From NCBI GenBank assembly GCA_038998625.1, contig JAWADS010000001.1:30110-94109 (forward strand): 64,000 bases of DNA, in the 5' to 3' direction. A program made the position numbers and the translations under genes. Below are positions 17,430-26,991 of the stretch, piece after piece. Under the pieces are notes generated by a model. It was given only the letters and a program-made list of their open reading frames with translations, had not been told where the DNA came from and did not search any database. Each line of letters starts with the position of its first letter. Positions within the stretch are counted from its first letter, which is position 1. This DNA comes from Candidatus Aenigmatarchaeota archaeon (GTDB lineage: Archaea > Aenigmatarchaeota > Aenigmatarchaeia > CG10238-14 > SCSR01).

Positions 17430-18503
17430 TTAGTCTAGGAAATCTTCTTCTTCAATCTTTTTTGGTAGGTATTTTTCTGTCATATATTTCAATCCTTTAC
17501 CAGAGAGGGATTCCAATTCTGCTTTTATTTTTCTCTGAATCAAAAGTTTTAACTCTTTTTGCCATTCTGGACTTTTAAACCATTCATAATTTAGCATCTC
17601 TTGCGCCCTTTTAATATCAACTTCTTCAGCTTTAATGGTCCACTCCTTTAAGTCGAATTTATCTATATCTGAAATTGTTAATCCTAGGAATTTTGCCTTG
17701 GGCGTTCCCAATTTTTCTGAAATATGGCTAAGGGATATGGAGCCGTGCTTAACAACAGAATAGATATACCATCCCCAACTATCGGCATCAGTAAATACAT
17801 AAACAGGGAGGTTAAATTCTTGAGATAATCTTTGAATTAATCTTCTTGCTCCTCTTGATGCCTGACCTTGCAGTCCAAGCAAAATGCATTTATGTTTTCT
17901 CCAAAATTTATCTTCATTTAATCTTTCCCAAGCCGCTACTTTTTCCACAACCAACAAATAATCTGCATTCATTTTTTTGAATTTTATGTCTTCTACATTC
18001 GAGGGAATGCTCCATCCTCCAGAGCCTAATTTAGACCAATCAATTATGTCACCCATATCTTCAATAACAACATTACCCACAACTCTTCCTCTAACATCAG
18101 CATTAAGATGTAATTGTTCCCTTAGAATGTCTAAGGAAACTTCCAAATCTACAACAATGGGATCACTTTCATTTTGTTCATTAAAGGTATTTTCATTGGA
18201 GTTGGGTAGTGTTTTCTTTAATGCATAGAACATGTCCCTTAGGCTTGTGTGTAAGTTTTGTTCTATAAGTTCTTTTGTAAAGGCGGCTACCAATAAAGTT
18301 TGCATAAATTTTTTGGCATGCGCTATGTTGAAGAAATATCTTTTTGCAGTTTTATTTCCTAAAGTTAACATCCCAGTTTTTGCATCGTATATTATATTAG
18401 ATAAAGTCCTTAGGGGTATGTCTAAATTTGGATTATCTCCTTTTTCTATATCTTGTAAAATTTTTTCTCCTAATTTTCTAAGTTTTTCCTTCGCCTCCTT
18501 CAG
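17430..18503 (-). CDS. top6A: DNA topoisomerase VI subunit A (probable CTG start at 18503; ORF track starts at 18371)
   Basis: SLRDMFY catalytic Tyr, VEK and DAD toprim motifs; the conserved N-terminal IPLRTLSNIIYD lies upstream of the first ATG. Confidence 0.93.
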   Translation of the reverse strand: MKEAKEKLRKLGEKILQDIEKGDNPNLDIPLRTLSNIIYDAKTGMLTLGNKTAKRYFFNIAHAKKFMQTLLVAAFTKELIEQNLHTSLRDMFYALKKTLPNSNENTFNEQNESDPIVVDLEVSLDILREQLHLNADVRGRVVGNVVIEDMGDIIDWSKLGSGGWSIPSNVEDIKFKKMNADYLLVVEKVAAWERLNEDKFWRKHKCILLGLQGQASRGARRLIQRLSQEFNLPVYVFTDADSWGWYIYSVVKHGSISLSHISEKLGTPKAKFLGLTISDIDKFDLKEWTIKAEEVDIKRAQEMLNYEWFKSPEWQKELKLLIQRKIKAELESLSGKGLKYMTEKYLPKKIEEEDFLD

Positions 18504-20049
18504 ATTCTCCCACCTCAGTTTTCTTTTTGATATATTCTTCTAACTTTTTCTTTATTAACTCTTTATCCCCCTTCGTTAGTTTTGATAAACTTTCCGCAAC
18601 TTCTGGTATGTATCGAGCGAATAGTTCTCGTCTTAATTGTCTTTCCCTTAACTTAACTTTATGCCTTATATATGTGGCCAATTTTCGTCCCGCTTCTTGC
18701 AACGCTAGTTTCATTTCTTTTAAAATTTCAGGATAGCTTGCGATGGCTTGTTTTCCTTCTGATGTATAAGGTACCCAAACAGATGCAAAGTGGATTAAAA
18801 TAACAAGCGGACCAATAGGTAATTGTCCAGAGGGCTGGCTAAAACCATAACGCCTCCAATCCACTTCAGTTACAGCTTCTGTAGCTACACAATCTTTAGC
18901 ATGATAAAGAAGAGGAACTTTATTAGCATATCTTATTATTTTTACCGGTTCTTCTGGAGATAAGTTGCCTCCATACGCTAAACCAACTTCCACAATGAAT
19001 GGAAATCCGCTGTAAACGCTGGGAGGTCTGCTAACCGCAACAAAATGCTCAGCCTCAACCTCTTTTTTTAGTCCTTCGATTATCAAATCTTCGCCTAAAG
19101 GTGATAATACATCGGTGGGCGGAGCAACTAATTTTACCATTTGCATTGCTTTATGCAACCTTTCTAATTCGTCTAAACTTAATTCTTGTGGTTTTCTGCT
19201 ATATGGAACCCTTGCTAATTTACAAATTTGTTGTGCAGATTTTTTTCCAACTCTTGAAAAATCTTTTGTTAAAAAGCTAATCAAATTTCTTGCTTTAGTA
19301 GAGTATGCCATTCTTCGTAAAACTCCCAATTGAACTCCATAAGGATGTGGTTTAATTTCTTTTGGTCTAGTTGGAATTTCATTGGTAACTCTCTCAAATG
19401 TTATTTTTCCAGTAGGTCCATGATAAATGATTCTTGCATAGGGATTAGCTATTGCAGTTTGTTTTAAATATTCTAGAATAGATTGCTTTCCTTCTACATA
19501 TCTTCCTTCCACTTCTAATTCTATCTTTATTCCGTGCCATTTTTCCGGATTCCTTTCAATTTTATGTGCTAGAATGTGAGGAGAGTTTTTTGTTACATCA
19601 ATCATTAAATCAAAGATATGAATATCTTTCCCTGTAGACGAAATAATTTTAACAGGCTTTCCAGTTGTTAGTTGCGAATATAAGACTGCTCCAGATATTC
19701 CAATTCCTTGGGTCCCTCTACTTTGTCTCAATTTATGAAATTTCGTTCCATATAACAATTTTCCAAAAGCCAAAGGAATTTTTTCCGGCACTATCCCTGG
19801 GCCATTATCTTCCACAACTACTTTAAATCTATCTATACCAGTTTCTTTTATACTTACTTTAATTTCAGGCAACATGTTTACTTCATTGGCCGCGTCTAAA
19901 GAATTATCCACCGCCTCCTTTACTACAGTAATTAAAGCCTTAGTGGGATTTTCATATCCTAAAAGATGTCTATTCTTTTCAAAAAATTCTGCCACGCTAA
20001 TTTCTCTAAATTCTTCTGCTAATTGTTCTGCTGTTACTTTTTCATCCAT
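18478..20049 (-). CDS. top6B: DNA topoisomerase VI subunit B
   Basis: EISVAEFFEKN, KEAVDNSLDA, EDNGPGI, SRGTQGIG (GHKL ATPase). Confidence 0.97.
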   Translation of the reverse strand: MDEKVTAEQLAEEFREISVAEFFEKNRHLLGYENPTKALITVVKEAVDNSLDAANEVNMLPEIKVSIKETGIDRFKVVVEDNGPGIVPEKIPLAFGKLLYGTKFHKLRQSRGTQGIGISGAVLYSQLTTGKPVKIISSTGKDIHIFDLMIDVTKNSPHILAHKIERNPEKWHGIKIELEVEGRYVEGKQSILEYLKQTAIANPYARIIYHGPTGKITFERVTNEIPTRPKEIKPHPYGVQLGVLRRMAYSTKARNLISFLTKDFSRVGKKSAQQICKLARVPYSRKPQELSLDELERLHKAMQMVKLVAPPTDVLSPLGEDLIIEGLKKEVEAEHFVAVSRPPSVYSGFPFIVEVGLAYGGNLSPEEPVKIIRYANKVPLLYHAKDCVATEAVTEVDWRRYGFSQPSGQLPIGPLVILIHFASVWVPYTSEGKQAIASYPEILKEMKLALQEAGRKLATYIRHKVKLRERQLRRELFARYIPEVAESLSKLTKGDKELIKKKLEEYIKKKTEVGESEGGEGKT

Positions 20050-20547
20050 TTAACTCCCCCTTTGTCTTTCCAAAAAATTATAAACAGTTCCGTGCTTCTT
20101 GCCTTCTAAAAGCATTTCTACAGCTTTCTTTGCTTTTTCTAAATCATTCCATTTTCCAATAATACTTATTGTTTTTCCATAAATTACTATCTTTACATTA
20201 CAAATCCTTTCTATCATTTTTTTAATCTTCCCTTCCCTTCCTATAACTCTACCCTTCAAAACAATTTGCCTTTTCCTTGATTTACCCGCATATTCCTTTA
20301 CTTCTATTGTTTCAAAGAAATAATCTTCATCTAGAAGGGTTAAAGCATCTTCAAAACTGAAACCTCTTCCAAAAGCCTTTAATACATTTTTAACTCTTAA
20401 AAGCATTAATGGATCTTCGCATTTTATACCAATTTCTTCGTTTAAATTTAATTCTGCATTACAAAATTTTTTCAATCTTTCTACCCAACTTTTATTTTTC
20501 TTCAGAAGTTTAATCCTTTCTTCCGGTATTGCTAAATATTCTATCAT
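20050..20547 (-). CDS. KH-domain rRNA-processing protein Dim2/Pno1
   Basis: KAFGRGFS, KGRVIGREG, HGTVYNFLE; ATG at 20547 preferred as start. Confidence 0.88.
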   Translation of the reverse strand: MIEYLAIPEERIKLLKKNKSWVERLKKFCNAELNLNEEIGIKCEDPLMLLRVKNVLKAFGRGFSFEDALTLLDEDYFFETIEVKEYAGKSRKRQIVLKGRVIGREGKIKKMIERICNVKIVIYGKTISIIGKWNDLEKAKKAVEMLLEGKKHGTVYNFLERQRGS

Positions 20548-21293
20548 TTCAACCATTTTTTAAACCAGAGGGCTGATATTTCAAAAGCATAATTTTTATG
20601 TTCAGGATTGGAAAGGCTGTGATCTGCATCACTAATAACTTCTAATTTTTTTGGTTTATTGGCTTCTTGGTGGGCTTTTTCTGATTGTTTAGGATTAACT
20701 ATCGCATCTTTAGAACTCACTATGAATAAAATCGGACAATTTATTTTTTTTATAGCGCTAATTACATCAATATTAATTATTTCCTCAAAAAATTTTTCAC
20801 TAATTGGAATTCTTCTGTTGTCTTTAGTTAAATAATTCACATAACCTTTCCTTTCCATTTCTCTTAGTTTTTCATGGTCAAAAAATTTTAAAAAAACTTC
20901 TTTCGGAAAAATTAAAGGATTGATTACTGTAATACAATTAATTTTTTCATTAAAACTTAAAATGGCTATTGTTCCCCCTAAGCTGATTCCAAACAATCCT
21001 ATTTTTTCATAACCTTCAGTTTTAACTACTTCTATTGCTCTTTTCATATCTTCAACTTCTTGTGATATAGTAATATCTAAACTGCTGCCTTCGCTTTCAC
21101 CATGGCCAACAAAATCAAACCTAAAAGTTGCAATATCATGAAAAGAAAAAATCTCAGCACCTTTTTTAAAATAATCTTTGTTTCCCAAAAATCCATGGGC
21201 AAATATTACACATGATTTATTTTTATTAGCTCTGTTTAAAATTCCAACTCTTTTGTTTTTACCTGAGTAAAAAATGATTTTTTCTTCAGGCAT
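20544..21293 (-). CDS. Alpha/beta hydrolase
   Basis: AHGF, FDFVGHGESEG, GISLGG nucleophile elbow, D and H of the triad. Confidence 0.9.
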   Translation of the reverse strand: MPEEKIIFYSGKNKRVGILNRANKNKSCVIFAHGFLGNKDYFKKGAEIFSFHDIATFRFDFVGHGESEGSSLDITISQEVEDMKRAIEVVKTEGYEKIGLFGISLGGTIAILSFNEKINCITVINPLIFPKEVFLKFFDHEKLREMERKGYVNYLTKDNRRIPISEKFFEEIINIDVISAIKKINCPILFIVSSKDAIVNPKQSEKAHQEANKPKKLEVISDADHSLSNPEHKNYAFEISALWFKKWLK

Positions 21294-21335
21294 TTTTCAC
21301 CTCTAATTTTATTTCTAATTTTATTTTTTAGAAAT

Positions 21336-21659
21336 TTATTCAATGGAGATACTTTTTATGTAATTTTTTCTTTTTAACCAATTTGCTTGGGTAGGAGTAT
21401 ATTTAAAAATCACATCCCCCCTTTCCTTACTTTGAACCTTCCATGGCTCTACTAAAACTAAATCCCCAACTTTAATCCAAATTTTTTTCCTCAATTTTCC
21501 AGGAATTCTTACAATTCTAGTATTACCATCATCACAAATTACTTTCAATTTGTCCCCTCCTAGCATTTGCTCTACTACCCCCAAAACTTCATTTTGTTTG
21601 GGAATTCTAATTCTGGCTATTTCCAATTCTTCTTGGGTCAATTCTTGCTTTTTCGCCAT
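21336..21659 (-). CDS. eif1a: Translation initiation factor aIF-1A
   Basis: QMLGG, RIPGKLRKKIWI..GD.VLVEPW. Confidence 0.95.
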   Translation of the reverse strand: MAKKQELTQEELEIARIRIPKQNEVLGVVEQMLGGDKLKVICDDGNTRIVRIPGKLRKKIWIKVGDLVLVEPWKVQSKERGDVIFKYTPTQANWLKRKNYIKSISIE

Positions 21660-21735
21660 CCCATCACTTTATTTAGTATTTTACACCATTAATTAAATTT
21701 TAAATACATATCTTTCTGTTTTTAATGAAGATAAT

Positions 21736-22422
21736 ATGCGTTATGTAGCTTTAGTCCCAGCTTTTAATGAAGAAGAGAATATAGAGAAAGTGATTAAACT
21801 TCTAAAAAATTTGTTCTATATGGATGTTGTTGTAGTGGATGATGGCTCTAAGGATAGAACAGCCGAAATAGCAAGGAAAAGTGGTGCAATTGTTTTAAAA
21901 CATAAAATAAATAAAGGTAAGGGCGAAGCCTTGAGGACTGGTTTAAATTATATTTTAAAGAAACATAATGCCAATTATGTTGTTTTAATTGATGCTGATA
22001 TGCAATATCATCCTAAAGAATCTGTAAAGTTGTTGAAATTATTGGAAAAAAACGATGCAGACATTGTTATGGGATATCGAAATTGGAAGAGCATACCTTA
22101 CTTTAGACATAGGCTGGGCAATTTCTTCTGGCGATCACTTTTTAATTTATTATTTGGGACAAAGTTTAAAGATACAAATTGCGGCTTTATGGCTATGAAT
22201 AGGATAGCTATAAAAAAGATTAAAAACAATATTCATGGGGGCTATATCATAGAAAATTCTATTTTAGCATCTGCTCTAAAAAATAAATTAAAAGTAATGC
22301 AAGTTCCAGTAAGTGTGAAGTATAAAAAGAAAAGTGGTATAAGAAGAGGAATTAGGATATTTCTAGGGGTTTCAACTTTTATATTGTGGGAAGGTTTAAA
22401 ATATAGATTAGGCATTAATTGA
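21736..22422 (+). CDS. GT2 family glycosyltransferase (DPM1-like)
   Basis: PAFNEE, VVDDGSKDRT, DADMQ. Confidence 0.9.
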   Translation: MRYVALVPAFNEEENIEKVIKLLKNLFYMDVVVVDDGSKDRTAEIARKSGAIVLKHKINKGKGEALRTGLNYILKKHNANYVVLIDADMQYHPKESVKLLKLLEKNDADIVMGYRNWKSIPYFRHRLGNFFWRSLFNLLFGTKFKDTNCGFMAMNRIAIKKIKNNIHGGYIIENSILASALKNKLKVMQVPVSVKYKKKSGIRRGIRIFLGVSTFILWEGLKYRLGIN

Positions 22423-22489
22423 ACAAAAACTAATTTTTTAAATGGATTGATTAATTTAATAAATTTCAAAGTAGATTTAGAATAATTTA

Positions 22490-22593
22490 GGGACGGTAGC
22501 TCAACCCGGGAGAGCAACTAAAGCTCTAAACCGCCTGAAGAGCGGTGCGTTGTGGGTTCAAAAGGCTCTTGCCTGAAATTCCCACCCGTCCCA
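22490..22593 (+). tRNA. tRNA-Phe(GAA) with introns at 26/27 (22517-22529) and 59/60 (22563-22579)
   Basis: GGGACGG/CCGTCCC and ACCGC/GCGGT stems; textbook BHB ggg-ttca-aa|a-ggc...gcc-tgaa-at|t-ccc in the T-loop; 74 nt mature. Confidence 0.93.
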
Positions 22594-22612
22594 TATAATT
22601 AGAGAGATAAAC

Positions 22613-23179
22613 ATGGTAGAAAAAGTTTGGGAAGGAGAATTAATTGAAAATAGAGTAATAATTTGGGATAGTCAAGCTGTTAATCTTTATGATGATTCTG
22701 GTTATGGTAAGCCCTTACCAGAGGACAAACCTGATAGAGTCGAATTAGATTTGGTGGAAGCCGCTTACTTATTAGAAAAAGGTAAGTTAAAAGTTTTTTT
22801 AAAGGAGGATAAGAAGAAAAGATATCTTAACTTTAATGAATTAATGGAAATAGGAGCAAAAAATATAAATCAGTTTCACCCTCAATTTATAGTTTTTCGC
22901 GACTTAAGAGAAAGAGGATATCTTGTTAAAACTGGTTATAAATTCGGTGCGCATTTTCGTGTTTATGATAGAGGAGTTAAATTGAAAAGAGGTCCAAAAG
23001 CTCCTCATGAACATACTAAATGGGTAGTGCATGCAGTACCAGAAGAGGCTGCCTTTTCATTACCTGAAATGTCTAGAGCAGTTAGATTAGCACACAATAT
23101 AAGAGCGACATTTTTATGGGCAGTTGTGGATAAAGAGTCAGATGTCACTTATTATCAAATAACTCGTGTCACACCTTAA
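22613..23179 (+). CDS. endA: tRNA-intron (splicing) endonuclease
   Basis: LDLVEAAYL, FRDLRERGYLVKTGYKFGAHFRVY, VDKESDVTYY. Confidence 0.95.
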   Translation: MVEKVWEGELIENRVIIWDSQAVNLYDDSGYGKPLPEDKPDRVELDLVEAAYLLEKGKLKVFLKEDKKKRYLNFNELMEIGAKNINQFHPQFIVFRDLRERGYLVKTGYKFGAHFRVYDRGVKLKRGPKAPHEHTKWVVHAVPEEAAFSLPEMSRAVRLAHNIRATFLWAVVDKESDVTYYQITRVTP

Positions 23180-23235
23180 TCTCAATAGCCATTGATTAAG
23201 CATATAATTTAATTTTAAGGAAAGATGGTGATGAA

Positions 23236-23436
23236 ATGGGAAGAATAAAAACTTCTTTTATTAAAAATTTGGGGGAAGAACTATACCAAAAGTATTCTGA
23301 TAAGTTTTCTGAAGATTTTGAAAAAAATAAGGTAATTCTCAAAGAACTTATTGACATGAAATCAAAGAAATTGAGGAATATTTTAGCTGGTTATATAACT
23401 AATCTTAAGAAAAGAGAAAAATTACAACCATCCTAA
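23236..23436 (+). CDS. rps17e: 30S ribosomal protein S17e
   Basis: MGRIKT, FSEDFEKNK, SKKLRNILAGYIT. Confidence 0.97.
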   Translation: MGRIKTSFIKNLGEELYQKYSDKFSEDFEKNKVILKELIDMKSKKLRNILAGYITNLKKREKLQPS

Positions 23437-23477
23437 AGGTTTAATGTTTTAAAACATAAGTAAATTTTAAGAGGAAG

Positions 23478-24605
23478 ATGCTAAAAAAAGCTCAAGCAAG
23501 AATAGATGAATTTGCTTTTGTTCTTCTTGCAGGTGTTATATTAATTGTTATTTTAATGGTTGCTTGGACGACTCCAACTTCTGCTATTCCTTTAGTCGAG
23601 CCCAATTCCATCTCTTTAACTATAGGCTTAGGTACAACTAAAAGTGCTGTGTTAAATATAACTGGAATGCCTTCTACAAATGTTACATTATCAGCTTTTG
23701 GTAACATTGCGAAATTCACAAGATTCAGTAAAAATAATTTTGATGTCTTTGGCTCCGAGTTAGTTACGGTAATTTTCTCTATACCACCCAATGTTGCTAC
23801 AGGCCTTTATACAGGAAAGATAATCGTGAATTCTTCAGCTGGCTCAGCAAATATTCCTGTAGAAATAAATGTAGTTAATATAACAGCTCAACCCCTTTCA
23901 GTAAAGGCTATTCCTCTAGGGGATTTCTCTATAGTTGGGCCTAGCAAAACATTAGATTACAAAGAGAATCTCTATGTGGAGAGAAGCTATTTCTCAGAGC
24001 GCATATCGATAATTTCTGGTGGCTTCTTAGCTGAAGAAGAGCTTGCGGCTTTAACAGGCGCAACTCTACAACTTTTCATATCTGAAACTAATGGATTAAG
24101 TAATTTAATTGTGGAAGTAAATGGAAAGGAAGTTTTCAAAGCAAAAGTTGACATGGGCTTAATAAACATACCCATAGATCCAAGTATTATTGGTGAGAAA
24201 AATGTCATTAAAATAAGGGCAGATCTTCCAGGATGGCTATTTTGGACTTCTGCATATTACAGAATTGAGTCAGCTAAATTCTATGTAACTTTAAAAGGAA
24301 TATTTTCCAAAGAATTTATTTTTTCCCTTTCTCCAATGGAGGCGACAAATTTTGATAGATTGCAAATCCAATTTATAGTTTTGAAATATTCTTCCCCTCT
24401 ACCAGAATTATTTATAGAGGTGAACAATCAGCCTATATATGCTCAATCACCACCTTTGGCTTTATTTAATGCAACCTTCACAAAAGATTTATATGGCAAT
24501 GGCTTGATGATGTTGCCTGGCAATAACACATTAAGATTTTTCTTCAGAAGGCCAGGAATTTATGATGTTGGCAATGCTTTGCTATTGTTCTTTTATAGAG
24601 GATAA
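23478..24605 (+). CDS. Class III signal-peptide surface protein with beta-sandwich domains
   Basis: KKAQ followed by a hydrophobic helix; G.YTGKI motif; many N-x-S/T sequons. Confidence 0.7.
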   Translation: MLKKAQARIDEFAFVLLAGVILIVILMVAWTTPTSAIPLVEPNSISLTIGLGTTKSAVLNITGMPSTNVTLSAFGNIAKFTRFSKNNFDVFGSELVTVIFSIPPNVATGLYTGKIIVNSSAGSANIPVEINVVNITAQPLSVKAIPLGDFSIVGPSKTLDYKENLYVERSYFSERISIISGGFLAEEELAALTGATLQLFISETNGLSNLIVEVNGKEVFKAKVDMGLINIPIDPSIIGEKNVIKIRADLPGWLFWTSAYYRIESAKFYVTLKGIFSKEFIFSLSPMEATNFDRLQIQFIVLKYSSPLPELFIEVNNQPIYAQSPPLALFNATFTKDLYGNGLMMLPGNNTLRFFFRRPGIYDVGNALLLFFYRG

Positions 24606-24610
24606 GCAAA

Positions 24611-24693
24611 TGGGCCTGTCCGGAATCGAACCGGAGTTTCGACCGTGTGAGGGTTTAACGCTTCGTCGCGTCCTACCACTAGACTACAGGCCC
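24611..24693 (-). tRNA. tRNA-Val(CAC) with 12-nt intron at 28/29 (24655-24666)
   Basis: GGGCCTG/CAGGCCC acceptor stem; CGACC/GGTCG restored after removing a BHB-flanked intron. Confidence 0.9.
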
Positions 24694-25155
24694 TTAACTA
24701 ATTATTGAGCCTTGGAAATCATATTTTTTAGTGAAAATTTGATTGAATTCTTCCCCAAGTTTTTGATCTAAATTTTCTAAAATTTTTTGGATCATTTCAA
24801 AGAAATCATATCTACAAAGGAACAAGTCCTCTGATTTCACTTTCGCTTTGATTATTCCAAATATTTCGATTTGATTTTTCTTCTTAAGCCAAGTAGCTAA
24901 GGAGGAAAAGAATTTTTGTACTTCTTCTTTTTTAATAATTCGATTAATGGGCCAACCACAAATAGCACAATATTTACCATAATAAGAATCAGATTCATCT
25001 TCAGAATCTCTGCATTCCAAACAAACTTCCAAACCATTAAAATTTTTAGAATCCTCTACAACATCTCCACATACGTCACAAATTTCTAATGTAGAAGTAT
25101 TGTTTTCTTTGAAAATATTTTCAGAGTATTTCCATATGACATCAAGGATTTGGGG
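24694..25155 (-). CDS. Zinc-finger hypothetical protein, start uncertain
   Basis: Frame is open to 25155 and adds CDVC upstream of the track's TTG start; CLEC and CAIC follow. Confidence 0.6.
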   Translation of the reverse strand, partial: PQILDVIWKYSENIFKENNTSTLEICDVCGDVVEDSKNFNGLEVCLECRDSEDESDSYYGKYCAICGWPINRIIKKEEVQKFFSSLATWLKKKNQIEIFGIIKAKVKSEDLFLCRYDFFEMIQKILENLDQKLGEEFNQIFTKKYDFQGSIIS

Positions 25156-25293
25156 TTAGTTTTCCCCTCCAGATGCCGATAAATTTGTGTAAGAGAAATT
25201 AATGTTCTTGAACTTATCGCACCTGGAGGTTCTCATGATAATAATTTTAAAACTGTTAATTTTTAAAAGCTTTTCTATACTTCTTTATCTAAT

Positions 25294-26553
25294 TTAAAAA
25301 TCTTTAAGAGATTTCTGAGTTCGTAATTTTTTTTCTTTCAGTATGATATTTTCATTAAAAACTGGCTTACCATACAACCCATCTGATCCAGCGATGTATT
25401 TAACTTTCCCTTCTCTAACTTTTATAATTGCGTCTGCAATTTTTTCATTCGTAACTTTTAACAATTCTTCCTTAGCAACATTTAATAAAACATTGAATTC
25501 ATTACCAAATTTTTCAATGATTTTATTATACTCATGTAAAACTTTTTTTGAATAAAATTCTTCACCCAAGATAAAGGAAATTATTTCATATAAAGGCAAC
25601 AATGTTTTGTAAGGAATGGCATCTTTAGGTATAAAACCTTCTGGCCTATCTGCTAATTCTTCAACCCTTTGCAATACTCCTACAGTAAGTTTTCTCTTAC
25701 ATTTTGGGCAAGTGTTATTAAACTTTTGTGCTTCTCTAGGATGTAAACTTATTCCGCAACTTCTATGGCCAGTGAAATGATATTTTCCATAATTTGGGTC
25801 TGTTTCAATAGTATACAAAAATTTTTTTCTATCTTTATTTTTTATCGCATTATAAATTTCCTTGTAGCTTAATTCTTCTAGCTCTAAAACATTCGCCTCC
25901 CTTCCCAATCGCCAAGGATTAGCTGAATGAGAATCAGAATTGGACATTAAAGTTACTTTATCTAAACTACTTAATCTCCAATTCATAGCTGGATCACTGG
26001 ACAAACCAGTTTCTAATGCAAAAATATTTTTTATTTGATCTTGATAGCATTCTTCTAAAGAATCGAATCCTGATTTTGAGCCGAAAACAGAAAACCATGG
26101 AGTCCATGCATGGCTCGGCAAAATTATAATATCTCTAGAAATGCTCATTAAAATCTCCACTAACTCAGGAGAAGTTAATCCATTAAAGGTAGGTCTGCCA
26201 TCTAACTCTAAATTGCTTTTTTTTGATAAAACGTCAATGATTTGCTCTGCCGTTTCGATATTTGGTACATAAAATAAATGATGAACTTTTCTGATTTTTT
26301 TATCTTGCTCATAAACAGTATTTACCTCACCAGTTATCATCCAAAAAATTTTGTATTTATAAATTCCGCTATCGCCTATAGGTTTCAATTTTTCTTTTAA
26401 CTCCTTTAACCATTTTGGATGTGTGCAATCGCCACTACCCAATAAATTTAGACCTTTAACTATAGCGCCATTAGCTAGAGTATCTATGGAAATATTTTTA
26501 CTCGTGGCACGTGAATATTTTGAATGGATTTGTAGATCTGCAATTATTTTCAT
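25294..26553 (-). CDS. Endonuclease Q family (PHP domain plus Zn finger)
   Basis: ADLQIHSKYSRATS, HAWTPWFS, ETGLSSDP, SNSDSHS, GKYH; C-terminal PIP box QKSLKDF. Confidence 0.93.
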   Translation of the reverse strand: MKIIADLQIHSKYSRATSKNISIDTLANGAIVKGLNLLGSGDCTHPKWLKELKEKLKPIGDSGIYKYKIFWMITGEVNTVYEQDKKIRKVHHLFYVPNIETAEQIIDVLSKKSNLELDGRPTFNGLTSPELVEILMSISRDIIILPSHAWTPWFSVFGSKSGFDSLEECYQDQIKNIFALETGLSSDPAMNWRLSSLDKVTLMSNSDSHSANPWRLGREANVLELEELSYKEIYNAIKNKDRKKFLYTIETDPNYGKYHFTGHRSCGISLHPREAQKFNNTCPKCKRKLTVGVLQRVEELADRPEGFIPKDAIPYKTLLPLYEIISFILGEEFYSKKVLHEYNKIIEKFGNEFNVLLNVAKEELLKVTNEKIADAIIKVREGKVKYIAGSDGLYGKPVFNENIILKEKKLRTQKSLKDF

Positions 26554-26975
26554 CACAACCAACTTTTGAATTTCCAATGGGAGTGCATTTTTATTATCAT
26601 CAAATCAGATAAAAAATCTAAAATAAGATGGGCCAGCATAGACAAAAGAAAAATTGCTATAAAAGTATTGATAAGATTTGCGATGGGCAATGATATTAAA
26701 ATTATCAGAATTGTTAAAAAATTGTGGAAAGGCAAAAAAGTTTTTCTATATCTATCTGCTTTCATAACTTCTTTTATGAATTTCCAAAAACCGAGATTCT
26801 TATACAATTTTCTCATGGTGAAATGATCGATATCCGGGAATAGACATCCAGCAACAACAACTAAAATCAAAGTTTGAAAATCTATTTTTGGTAAATAGTA
26901 ATGAATTAAGCGAATCATTAAAATTGGCAATACGATATGGGAAATATTGTGAAGCATTATTTTTATGTTTACCAT
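26553..26975 (-). CDS. Membrane-bound metal-dependent hydrolase
   Basis: H...PDIDH...H...HLILD motif set. Confidence 0.75.
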   Translation of the reverse strand: MVNIKIMLHNISHIVLPILMIRLIHYYLPKIDFQTLILVVVAGCLFPDIDHFTMRKLYKNLGFWKFIKEVMKADRYRKTFLPFHNFLTILIILISLPIANLINTFIAIFLLSMLAHLILDFLSDLMIIKMHSHWKFKSWL

Positions 26976-26991
26976 ATTTTTTCATTTCATT

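Noticed and set aside
25156..25158. Selenocysteine or pyrrolysine readthrough
   Set aside because: The stop is TAA, not TGA or TAG.
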